This document shows positions 47,427-55,741 of a DNA stretch of 64,000 bases, piece after piece; the first letter of the stretch is position 1, and each line of letters starts with the position of its first letter. The notes beneath the pieces were generated by a model that was given only the letters and a program-made list of their open reading frames with translations, did no database searches and was not told where the DNA came from. The stretch is from NCBI GenBank assembly GCA_964567265.1, contig CAZMLK010000002.1:138813-202812 (forward strand), read 5' to 3'. Source of the stretch: an uncultured Candidatus Saccharibacteria bacterium. Lineage in GTDB: Bacteria > Patescibacteriota > Minisyncoccia > Phycocordibacterales > UBA12088. Both the position numbers and the translations under genes were made by a program.

Positions 47427-48131
47427 ATGTCAGAAGGATTCCACGAGGCGAGTGCAGAAAAATCACCCAAGGAGGCATTTACAGAAAAATTCCTTGATCA
47501 GCCTTACGGGAACCTGACAGAAGAACAGCAGGCGATGCTTCGTACGCATGTTGAGGGGCGGGAGGGTCCATGGACAACGGTGCCGAACATATTCGATGTA
47601 ACTTGGGATGATGAAGCGAAACGGATTGTCATCGAGCTGTCTGAGGGAGGAAGCCAAACGTTTATATACGACCCCTTCGTGCCGAAGGTGCCACAAGCTG
47701 CACCACCTGTAGAATCAAGAGGAGACTCCGAGCCGAGTGGCGCAGTAAAAGTCGGGGAAGAACCCGTCTCAGTTGTGACTCAGAGCAACGAGGCGTTGCG
47801 CACCGTGATCCCTGGCGGGGAATGGATCGATTTGTCTGGGAAAAAGATCGTAACCGATCAGGCTGGCTTGTATTCAGGCAAAGAACTGGTCATGAAAACG
47901 GGTGCCGCGAACACGATGAATTTTGTCGGCAAATATAATTTCCACGAGGGAACGATGATCGTTGGAGGGCCCGATGGCTCACTGCACGCGGCTCCGTACT
48001 CGGCAGAGAGAGAGGAGGCGCTCAAAAGCGCAGGGTACAAGCAAGAGTTCGAGCTGGTGCCGAGTTTAACAGGTCATCAAAGGTTCGAAGACGAGGAGAC
48101 CCAGAGGGTATTTGAAGCGCTAAAAAACTAG
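47427..48131 (+). CDS. hypothetical soluble protein (island gene a)
   Basis: 234 aa, no TM, no recognisable motif; lies between the two direct repeats. Confidence 0.5.
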   Translation: MSEGFHEASAEKSPKEAFTEKFLDQPYGNLTEEQQAMLRTHVEGREGPWTTVPNIFDVTWDDEAKRIVIELSEGGSQTFIYDPFVPKVPQAAPPVESRGDSEPSGAVKVGEEPVSVVTQSNEALRTVIPGGEWIDLSGKKIVTDQAGLYSGKELVMKTGAANTMNFVGKYNFHEGTMIVGGPDGSLHAAPYSAEREEALKSAGYKQEFELVPSLTGHQRFEDEETQRVFEALKN

Positions 48132-48191
48132 CTTCACTCTTCCTAGAAGTCAGGCGCTTCACGTGCGGGTGTTCTGTGTCACGGTACCGGA

Positions 48192-48270
48192 ATCGACGTC
48201 AAGATGGTCTAGGCGAAGGAGTCAAACAAAGAATCCCCCCAAGATAATTTCTCTAGGGGATTTTTTGTTT
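48192..48270 (+). repeat. direct repeat, right copy (degenerate rpsJ 3' end ...GIDVKMV* + terminator-like hairpin with enlarged loop)
   Basis: atcgacgtcaagatggtctaggcgaaggagtcaaacaaagaatcccc[ccaagataatttctcta]ggggattttttgtttttt; about 85% identity to the left copy outside the loop insertion. Confidence 0.75.
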
Positions 48271-48401
48271 TTTAAGAAAATAGAGATTCCGCAGAAAGGG
48301 AGGATCGGATCAAATAGAGACATTGACAAATCTATTATATGTGGTATATAATACCGCCAGATAAAGTCCTTCAATCATCGCGCTTCGGACGGAGAAAACC
48401 C

Positions 48402-48866
48402 ATGCGCCTTTCCTTGATTCTGGCCTTCGTACTCGGTCTCCAGAGCGGTTTTGTCGGCAATTCTGCTCACGCAGAGATTGCGACACCCGCCGATCTGCCC
48501 GCAGACTATGCTACCTGGCAAACGTTGCATGAACTCTCTTGTGAACCGCTGTCGATCAAAGTGTATTCGACAATCACGCCGGATGCCGAGATGGAGCTTC
48601 TGACCTACACCCTCGGCAAGAATCTGGTCGCGTACTCGATGTCATCATCCACAAATGCTGGCAAGGTAATCACCGACCATGGCCTCTACAAAGGGGAATG
48701 GAAATCGGTCGATGGCACCGATGCCAATAAGGAGAAATCGGAGCGTCTCGTGAATGCCGCCCTTCTCGATAACGGTGGACAGCCTGCTCTCGTTGCGTTC
48801 GGCCAGTGTAAGCAGGAGCTTGTGCGTAAAATCATAAAGGCTTTCTTTGCACCACTTGGCAGGTAA
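48402..48866 (+). CDS. hypothetical secreted protein (island gene b)
   Basis: Signal peptide MRLSLILAFVLGLQSGFVGNSAHA; start trimmed from ORF-track 48339. Confidence 0.45.
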   Translation: MRLSLILAFVLGLQSGFVGNSAHAEIATPADLPADYATWQTLHELSCEPLSIKVYSTITPDAEMELLTYTLGKNLVAYSMSSSTNAGKVITDHGLYKGEWKSVDGTDANKEKSERLVNAALLDNGGQPALVAFGQCKQELVRKIIKAFFAPLGR

Positions 48867-48912
48867 AACGGAGCCCATTGCATCAGTGTGTGTTCCTCGC
48901 CGTTGATACCCG

Positions 48913-48950
48913 CCCCCAGTCCACGCATGGACTGGGGGCTTCATTTTTTT
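48913..48950 (+). terminator. terminator cccccagtcca-cgc-atggactggggg + TTCATTTTTTT
   Basis: 11-bp stem followed by T7. Confidence 0.55.
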
Positions 48951-49155
48951 GCCTCATGGGGATTTTTTGATTTTTGTTGAAAATAGAAAAAGCCGAAATG
49001 CGCTGTTTCGGCTTTCTTCCTCGTGCATGAGGGTCACGGGTTCGGTGGTTAGTATAGTCTGCCACGAACAGGCATTGGTACAGCTTCTCATTGGACGTAG
49101 CGTTGCTAAAGCAAAAGAAAATCGCTGCGGGCCCGATGGTCCGCAGCGACATCCG

Positions 49156-49803
49156 TCATGCGCTCTGAGGGAATGAGGGCGTCAGAGTGGTGCGACGTCC
49201 CCAGAGATACATACAGAGGAGGATAAGTCCCGAAACGACGAGCAGGATCCCGCCAATTGCAGGGATGAGCCATGCTTGGCGCGTTCCGTCCGAATAGAAA
49301 TCGAACGTGAGATTTTCTCGGTCAACGCGCACTTTCCCCACGTAGGTGAAAAAAGTGTAGTCAGGAAGTGGCACTGCCGCGCTGATGTAGGTCGATAGGC
49401 CGTTCTCCAGCCTGACCAATGCGGTATATTCGACCACCCCATGGAGACCTTTGCCGTCCATGCTCCCGTCGTCCCGCCACCCATTCTGGATTACCACGAA
49501 TGTTGGAACGCTATTCCCCGTTCGTTGCTGAAAATCCTGCATTGGCAATTCTGCCGAAGGCGTACCGTTCTCGAAGGAAAGCACGCTGAGGGTCGTTGAA
49601 TTGTTCGGCTTCCACAACTCGACGTGTATCGGATCAGGCATAGGACTTGCAGTCCATCCAATCAGCATCCATGCACCGAGGGCAAAAATGCCCAGAGGCC
49701 ATCGATAGGTTTTCCACGCACATTTCAGTATCTTTCGAAACGGCTTTCTCTTCGAATTACCAGTCATCTTCCATGCTCCATGGATAGAGTGAACCCACGC
49801 CAC
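49156..49803 (-). CDS. hypothetical membrane protein (island gene c; TM at each end, extracytoplasmic middle)
   Basis: LGIFALGAWMLIGW and AIGGILLVVSGLILLCMYLW helices; hairpin aagccgaaatgcgctgtttcggctt downstream. Confidence 0.45.
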   Translation of the reverse strand: MAWVHSIHGAWKMTGNSKRKPFRKILKCAWKTYRWPLGIFALGAWMLIGWTASPMPDPIHVELWKPNNSTTLSVLSFENGTPSAELPMQDFQQRTGNSVPTFVVIQNGWRDDGSMDGKGLHGVVEYTALVRLENGLSTYISAAVPLPDYTFFTYVGKVRVDRENLTFDFYSDGTRQAWLIPAIGGILLVVSGLILLCMYLWGRRTTLTPSFPQSA

Positions 49804-49915
49804 CGTACCATCCGATCTTCAAAATGTAAATAAATATCTTCGCCCTCTGTGCGTAGACCGAGGGCTCCGTCGTTCCATGGTTCCTGAAAGCCGTTTGGTG
49901 CTATGCTACGGAGTC

Positions 49916-50377
49916 ATGAAGCAGAAGCTGAAAGCGCTATTCAAGTTCGCCTCCCCGGCCATCCTGCTGGTATTCCGGACGTACTACTTCATCTTCCGCC
50001 CGAAGGGGGAGAGCGTGAAGTGCGTGATCCGGAACGGTGGCAACATCCTCCTCATCCGCAATTCGTACGGCGCGAAGTTCTGGACGCTTCCCGGTGGCGG
50101 CGTGAAGTCGAGCGAGACCCTGGAACAGGCGGCCGTCCGCGAAGCACATGAGGAAGTCGGCATCGAGATCCGCGAGCAGGACCTCACCAAGCACGGCAAG
50201 GTGCGCTACCTCCTCGACTTCCGCCGCTCCACGGTCTGGGTGTTCAGCGTCACGGTGCCGTCTCCCGCATTCCACCTTCATGGCGTCGAGATCGAGGAAG
50301 CGAAGTGGTTTCCCGAGAACGCAATCCCCGGCATGCGCTCGCATCTCCTGGAACGTTTCCTCGATTTGGCGAAATAA
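49916..50377 (+). CDS. Nudix hydrolase (island gene d)
   Basis: Nudix box GGGVKSSETLEQAAVREAHEEVGI (Gx5Ex7REUxEExGU); start trimmed to MKQKLK. Confidence 0.75.
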   Translation: MKQKLKALFKFASPAILLVFRTYYFIFRPKGESVKCVIRNGGNILLIRNSYGAKFWTLPGGGVKSSETLEQAAVREAHEEVGIEIREQDLTKHGKVRYLLDFRRSTVWVFSVTVPSPAFHLHGVEIEEAKWFPENAIPGMRSHLLERFLDLAK

Positions 50378-50433
50378 CCGACCGATTTTAGAGTCGGTAT
50401 TGACTATGAAATTAAATTCGTCATGCTGGCACA

Positions 50434-51069
50434 ATGACTAGGTCCACAGAGGAATCACTTGAAATCATCTCAAACCAATTTGTCGTGAAGCGTCGGTTTA
50501 CCACGGGTACATTCAACCTTATATTGGGTGCGGTACTAGGCGCCACTTTGACTTTTTTAGTAGGAGCTATTAATTCTTACATCTCCAACCAAACCTTACG
50601 TCAAGCGGTTGCAAAGAGCATCTACATTGAAATTGAGCATAATAAAATTTTTTTAAATAGCTCTGTATCTGATTTAAACAGCGCAGTTTTAGATTGGAAA
50701 GGCAACAAAGGAAATAAATTAAATATGCAAGTATTCGCCCTGCATAGAGAAGACTTCTACCAAATTTATCTCCAAGATTTAACTCTATTAGATAAAAACA
50801 CTCTAGATGAAACCTACGAATTTTACGGAAGACTTAGGACCATTGATTACCTAACAAAATTAATCACTGATGATTTTGATCTCTATTACAGAAATGAAAA
50901 TCTAATTTCTAGAGCTGATATCTTGTCCCGACTAATGGAATTACAGCAGGATGTGGATGAGGCGCTTCGGAATGCTGACAAAATCCAAAGAGATTTAATT
51001 ACTAAATATGATGTTAACAGTGTTCAGAGTTCCTGTAATCCAACCAATTGTCTAACAAACTCTTGGTAA
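50434..51069 (+). CDS. hypothetical protein with N-terminal TM, very low GC (about 38%) (island gene e)
   Basis: Asn/Ile/Leu/Tyr-rich, AT-rich codons, in strong contrast to the about 60% GC host. Confidence 0.5.
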   Translation: MTRSTEESLEIISNQFVVKRRFTTGTFNLILGAVLGATLTFLVGAINSYISNQTLRQAVAKSIYIEIEHNKIFLNSSVSDLNSAVLDWKGNKGNKLNMQVFALHREDFYQIYLQDLTLLDKNTLDETYEFYGRLRTIDYLTKLITDDFDLYYRNENLISRADILSRLMELQQDVDEALRNADKIQRDLITKYDVNSVQSSCNPTNCLTNSW

Positions 51070-51075
51070 AGAGAG

Positions 51076-51104
51076 TTGCATCCTTTCAGACCTTCCTGTA
51101 TAGT
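51076..51104 (+). promoter_or_regulatory. candidate rplC-operon promoter TTGCAT-N17-TATAGT
   Basis: 145-nt leader follows with nested hairpins (gtccatt...aatggac enclosing gtccc-aata-gggac). Confidence 0.4.
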
Positions 51105-51249
51105 CCATTTACTCTCGTTCTGAGAGATTCTATGTCCCAATAGGGACCAATGGACTGAAATCCGCAAGGGATTCGTCCTTGGCGGTATTTTTAATACCAA
51201 AAACGATCAAAAGACGGTAGAAATCTTCAAAAAACCTATAAAACTCAAC

Positions 51250-51861
51250 GTGAAATTCATCCTCGGCACAAAAGAAGAAATGACGCAGGTCTTCGATGAG
51301 AAGGGCGTCGTCCACGCAGGAACCATCCTCAATGCAGGTCCTTTGACCGTCACCAAGGTCCTCACCAAGGACTCTGACGGATATGAGGCAGTCCAGGTCG
51401 GATACGGCGTCCGCAAGGAAAAGCATGCATCGAAGCCAGTCATGGGCCAGACCAAGGCGTTCGGTATCTTCCGGACCCTCAAGGAGTTCCGCGATGTCGA
51501 GGGCATGACCGCAGGCGACAAGATCGATGTCTCGGTCTTTGCCCCAGGCGACACCATCCAGGTCTCAGCGATCTCGAAGGGTAAGGGCTTCCAGGGCGTC
51601 GTGAAGCGTCATGGTTTCCATGGCGGTCCGCGTTCGCACGGCCAGAAGCACTCCGAGCGCTCCCCGGGTTCTATCGGCGGCGGCGCGCGTGCCGGAGGCC
51701 GTGTCGCGAAGGGCATGAAAATGGGTGGCCGCATGGGTACTGACCGCGTCACGGTCAAGAATCTCAAGGTGCTCGTTGTCGATGCTGCCGCGAACACCAT
51801 CATCGTGTCAGGAGCCGTTCCGGGTCGTCGCGGAACGCTCGTTGAAGTAGTTTCAAAATAA
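51250..51861 (+). CDS. rplC: 50S ribosomal protein L3 (GTG start)
   Basis: MKFILGTKEEMTQVFDEKG... Confidence 0.9.
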   Translation: MKFILGTKEEMTQVFDEKGVVHAGTILNAGPLTVTKVLTKDSDGYEAVQVGYGVRKEKHASKPVMGQTKAFGIFRTLKEFRDVEGMTAGDKIDVSVFAPGDTIQVSAISKGKGFQGVVKRHGFHGGPRSHGQKHSERSPGSIGGGARAGGRVAKGMKMGGRMGTDRVTVKNLKVLVVDAAANTIIVSGAVPGRRGTLVEVVSK

Positions 51862-51865
51862 AATC

Positions 51866-52642
51866 ATGGAAGCGACAATTTACAGCATGGACGGAAAGAA
51901 GACGGGCGCTCTCACGCTCCCGGAGAGCCTCTTCGCGCTTCCGTGGAACGCAGACCTCGTGCACCAGGTGACCGTCTCTGAGGCGGCAAACCTCCGCACG
52001 CCGGTTGCAGACACCAAGGGACGCGGCGAAGTACGCGGCGGCGGCAAGAAGCCGTGGCAGCAGAAGGGTACGGGCCGCGCACGCGCAGGTTCCCGTCGTT
52101 CACCAATCTGGAAGGGAGGTGGTGTTTCTCATGGTCCAAAGGCTGAGAAGGTCTTCGCACAGAAGATCAACAAGAAGATGAAGTCGAAGGCGCTCTTCAC
52201 CGTCCTCTCGAAGAAGTTCAAGGATGGCGAGGTTCTCTTCGTCGACCAGCTTTCATTCTCAGCACCAAAGGCGAAGCTCGCCAAGGAGACGCTGTTTGCA
52301 CTCGCAAAGGTCTCTGGTTTCGAGAAGCTCGCAACCAAGCGGAAGAATGCAGCACTCATCGGCCTCGGTACGCATGATTTGAATGCAAAGAAGAGCTTCC
52401 GCAACTTCGGCAATGTCGAACTCGGCGAGATCCGCAACTGGACCGCGTCTGACCTCCTCAAGTACAAGTTCCTCATCGTCGGGACTCCGGACGCGTCGAT
52501 CGCGCTCCTCCAGTCACGTGCAGAGGGTGGTGCCGCACCGGCAGCAGCTGTGGTTGCACCGAAGAAGTACGCTCCGAAGAAGGTTGCGGCAAAGAAGCCG
52601 GCAGCCAAGAAAGCGGTAAAGCCTGCAAAGGCCGCAAAATAA
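51866..52642 (+). CDS. rplD: 50S ribosomal protein L4 with Lys/Ala-rich C-terminal tail
   Basis: uL4 core plus about 45-aa tail AAPAAAVVAPKKYAPKKVAAKKPAAKKAVKPAKAAK. Confidence 0.9.
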   Translation: MEATIYSMDGKKTGALTLPESLFALPWNADLVHQVTVSEAANLRTPVADTKGRGEVRGGGKKPWQQKGTGRARAGSRRSPIWKGGGVSHGPKAEKVFAQKINKKMKSKALFTVLSKKFKDGEVLFVDQLSFSAPKAKLAKETLFALAKVSGFEKLATKRKNAALIGLGTHDLNAKKSFRNFGNVELGEIRNWTASDLLKYKFLIVGTPDASIALLQSRAEGGAAPAAAVVAPKKYAPKKVAAKKPAAKKAVKPAKAAK

Positions 52643-52646
52643 ACAT

Positions 52647-52994
52647 ATGGCACTCTTCAGCAAGAAAAAGGAATCAGGAGCAGCACCGAAAACGACAACC
52701 GGCACCATTCGTGATATCGGCAGCGCGATCATCCGCCCGCACATCACGGAGAAGGCGGCTATCCAGACCGGCAACGATGTCTATGTCTTCGAGGTGACCT
52801 CGAAGGCGACCAAGATGGAGATCGCGAAGGCAATCGTCGCCCTCTACAAGGTCGTTCCGGTGAAGGTCAACATCGTCACCAAGTCGCCACGCCGCGTCGC
52901 ATCACGCACGCGCCGCGGGATCATGGGCACAAAGACGGGCATGAAGAAGGCCTACGTCTACCTGAAGAAGGGCGACAAGATCGAATTTGTATAA
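52647..52994 (+). CDS. rplW: 50S ribosomal protein L23
   Basis: IIRPHITEKA...YVFEVTSKATKMEIAKAI. Confidence 0.9.
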   Translation: MALFSKKKESGAAPKTTTGTIRDIGSAIIRPHITEKAAIQTGNDVYVFEVTSKATKMEIAKAIVALYKVVPVKVNIVTKSPRRVASRTRRGIMGTKTGMKKAYVYLKKGDKIEFV

Positions 52995-53841
52995 ACATAT
53001 GAAGACCTACAAGCCAACAACACCGTCGCGCCGCCACATCTCGAATCCGAACTACAAGGAGCTTTTGTCTGCGACGACTCCGCACAAGGCGCTCACGAAG
53101 GGACGGAAGCGGAACATGGGCCGCAACAAGGACGGACGCATCACCACCCGCCACAAGGGAGGAGGCAGCAAGCGCCGTTTCCGCGATGTGGATTTCCTCT
53201 ACTCCAAGAAGGACATCGTCGCGAAGATCGAGAGCATCGAATACGATCCGAACCGTACTGGCTTCATCGCGCTCGCGCTCTATGCTGACGGAACCCGCTC
53301 GTACGTCCTCGCACCGAAGTCTCTCAAGGCCGGCTCAACCTTCCTCGTTTCAGAGAAGGCCAAGATCCAGCCGGGGAACCGCCTCCCGCTCGCGAATATC
53401 CCGGTTGGTACCTTTGTGTACAACCTCGAGATCAAGCCGGGAAATGGCTCGAAGATGGTCCGCTCAGCAGGAAACTACGCTGAGGTCATTGCGCAGGACG
53501 GCATTTATGCCCTCGTGAAGATGCCATCGACCGAAGTTCGCAAGTTCCTCGGAAGCGCATGGGCATCGGTTGGTGAGGTCTCAAACGATGAGCACCACCT
53601 CGCGAATGTCGGAAAGGCAGGACGCTCACGCAACAAGGGTATCCGCCCAACGGTTCGCGGTACTGCCATGAACCCAGTCGACCACCCACACGGAGGCGGC
53701 GAAGGAAAGTCTGGACGCGGTCACCGCCGCGCACGCTCTCTCTGGGGCAAGCCGACCGGCAAGGGTCACAAGACTCGCACGCCGAAGAAGTACTCGAACC
53801 ACCTCGTCGTTTCTCGCCGCAAGGTTGGAAAGAAGAAATAA
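52987..53841 (+). CDS. rplB: 50S ribosomal protein L2
   Basis: NPVDHPHGGGEGKSGRG signature; 8-nt overlap with rplW. Confidence 0.95.
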   Translation: MYKHMKTYKPTTPSRRHISNPNYKELLSATTPHKALTKGRKRNMGRNKDGRITTRHKGGGSKRRFRDVDFLYSKKDIVAKIESIEYDPNRTGFIALALYADGTRSYVLAPKSLKAGSTFLVSEKAKIQPGNRLPLANIPVGTFVYNLEIKPGNGSKMVRSAGNYAEVIAQDGIYALVKMPSTEVRKFLGSAWASVGEVSNDEHHLANVGKAGRSRNKGIRPTVRGTAMNPVDHPHGGGEGKSGRGHRRARSLWGKPTGKGHKTRTPKKYSNHLVVSRRKVGKKK

Positions 53842-53859
53842 GATCAAGACACGGGAAGA

Positions 53860-53899
53860 AACAAAAGGGCCGCGCGAACGCGCGGCCCTTTTGTTTTTG
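53860..53899 (+). terminator. terminator aaacaaaagggccgcgcgaacgcgcggcccttttgttttt after rplB
   Basis: 13-bp GC stem plus TTTTGTTTTT. Confidence 0.65.
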
Positions 53900-53911
53900 A
53901 TTGGAAATGAT

Positions 53912-53957
53912 CATAAAAAGATGAAGCCGCCGGCGTGCGTACGTGCGCCGGCGGCTC
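53912..53957 (-). terminator. hairpin aagccgccggcg-tgcgtacgtg-cgccggcggctctt with T-run on the minus strand
   Basis: Downstream of minus-strand ORF 53981-54289. Confidence 0.45.
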
Positions 53958-53980
53958 TTCAATTACACCCGGAAGGGGAG

Positions 53981-54289
53981 CTATCTTTTGCCGTTCTCGG
54001 CCGATAGCAGAAACGCCGTCTTGTCGTTGCGGACGGGACGCGCAGTCATCCTGTTGCCTGTAAGGGCTGCTAGGAGACGCGCAATCTGCTGGAGCTGGCC
54101 TTCGTCGGCGATCGTCACATCAGAACGCATTCCATCCACCAAAAGGTAGATTTGATTATTGCCCCTCATGATGAGCAGGGTGCCGCCGGGAGCCGAGACA
54201 ACGTCCCCCTCTTGGGGTGCTGTGGATCCGAGCTCACCATTGCATCTCAGTTCACATGCCACAATTAGTACCTTCCTGCAGTTTTCCAA
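53981..54289 (-). CDS. hypothetical 102-aa protein (inserted between rplB and rpsS)
   Basis: ORF with its own terminator; LLIMRGNNQIYLLVDG; possibly a small alpha/beta regulatory (roadblock-like) fold, uncertain. Confidence 0.45.
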   Translation of the reverse strand: MENCRKVLIVACELRCNGELGSTAPQEGDVVSAPGGTLLIMRGNNQIYLLVDGMRSDVTIADEGQLQQIARLLAALTGNRMTARPVRNDKTAFLLSAENGKR

Positions 54290-54861
54290 GTGACATTAAG
54301 AAGCAATCTGACGATTTGTCAAATTTCTTCTTTAGGGAAGCCCTAAAAAGATACGCCCCCGAGCTGCTCTGCAGCTCGGGGTACGTGTGTTCAGTAGGGG
54401 AGGGTCATTTCTCCCTGACGCGGCATCTGTGGTTCAAGAGGGACGGAGGACTTGAGCTCCTTCAGCTTGCAAACAAGCCTGAACGCCCTACCTATTTCCT
54501 GCGCCATGCGGTACTTCTGCTTGCCCTTCAGCAATATCGGCGTTTCCAAATAGAAGCTTGCTTCTGCCCTGGACCAGAAACAACGTCGTACCCGTTTCCG
54601 GCCAAGTATCCTGATGGCAACCGCAATTGCCACGGCTTCGAAGTAAGGACGCTCGACAACATAAAGCCCTTTGCACCGGATGAGGAGAAACTCGCAATTG
54701 GTCGTGGCATCTCGGCACCCAAAGTCGCGAACGCTCACGCGCTTGGGGGAAAACGCCTTGGTCATCCACTTTCCTCCAGAAAAGGCGGTAAAGAACAGCC
54801 GATATTAAAAACTCTATACGCCAATCTGTCAAGGGTAAGGAAAGAGGAAAGCGCCTTTTGT

Positions 54862-54890
54862 TTGACAGAAACCCCCGTTTTGCGTACTAT
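54862..54890 (+). promoter_or_regulatory. rpsS-operon promoter TTGACA-N17-TACTAT
   Basis: Consensus -35, 17-nt spacer, near-consensus -10, 40 nt upstream of rpsS. Confidence 0.5.
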
Positions 54891-54929
54891 GCTTCCCAAG
54901 CTCTCTCGCGAGCTATTTTCTTTACAGAA

Positions 54930-55280
54930 ATGACACGATCACTCAAAAAAGGCCCATACGTCGACGAAAAGCTCCTCAAGAAGATCGAGGGGAAGAAGGC
55001 TGGCACCACCGGCCCGATTAAGACGTGGGCACGCCGCTCGCAGATCGCCCCAGAGATGGTCGGCTTCACGTTTGGCGTTCACAATGGCAAAGACCATGTC
55101 CCGGTCCTTGTGAGCGAAGAAATGGTCGGCCATCGCCTTGGAGAGTTCTCTCCGACAACCAAGTTCGTCCGCCACGGCGGTAAGATGCAGAAGGAGCTTG
55201 AATCCAAGCGCAAGGAGGCAGAAGTCGCAGCAGCAAAGGCCGCAAAGGCTCCCGCAGCCGCGCCTGCTAAGAAGAAATAA
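54930..55280 (+). CDS. rpsS: 30S ribosomal protein S19 with Ala/Lys-rich C-terminal tail
   Basis: [20 protein letters not shown]...[10 protein letters not shown]; tail [17 protein letters not shown]; start trimmed to ATG 54930. Confidence 0.9.
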   Translation: MTRSLKKGPYVDEKLLKKIEGKKAGTTGPIKTWARRSQIAPEMVGFTFGVHNGKDHVPVLVSEEMVGHRLGEFSPTTKFVRHGGKMQKELESKRKEAEVAAAKAAKAPAAAPAKKK

Positions 55281-55285
55281 GGCAT

Positions 55286-55720
55286 ATGAAGGCTTCCCTC
55301 AACAACTACCGCCAGGCACCTCGCAAGGTCCGCCTCATCACCGATTCCGTCAAAGGGAAGCGCGTTGAGGTCGCACTTGTCGAACTGACCCATGCCCAGA
55401 AGAAGGGAGCCGACCAGATCAAGAAGCTCGTCGCCTCAGCCGTCGCGAACGCGAAGGTCCAGGACAGTGGCCTCAATGTCGCCGAGCTCGTCATCAAGAA
55501 CATCACCGTCGACCAGGGCGTCACTCTCCGCCGCTTCCGTCCGCGCGCCCGCGGACGCGCAGCGCCGATCAATCACGAATCCAGCCATGTCCGCGTGGTC
55601 CTGATGAAGGCAGCGGTCAAGGAAAAGGTCCGTGAGGTCTCTGGAAAGGAGGAGGCAGCAGCGCCAAAGGCAGCCAAGAAATCTGCCAAGATGGCTCCAA
55701 AGGCGGAGACCACCGAGTAA
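55286..55720 (+). CDS. rplV: 50S ribosomal protein L22
   Basis: uL22 core plus basic C-terminal extension. Confidence 0.9.
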   Translation: MKASLNNYRQAPRKVRLITDSVKGKRVEVALVELTHAQKKGADQIKKLVASAVANAKVQDSGLNVAELVIKNITVDQGVTLRRFRPRARGRAAPINHESSHVRVVLMKAAVKEKVREVSGKEEAAAPKAAKKSAKMAPKAETTE

Positions 55721-55741
55721 TTTTCCTATACACCAGACACC

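Noticed and set aside
49030-49110. tRNA-like sequence (gggttcggtggttagtatagtctgcc...)
   Set aside because: No 7-bp acceptor pairing, no GTTC-type T-arm with complementary stem, and no credible anticodon stem. It is likely coincidental.
54290-54860. RNase P RNA or tmRNA in the rplB-rpsS gap
   Set aside because: The same motif searches on both strands were negative. The tag-peptide-like ...ALAA-stop coding pattern was also not found.
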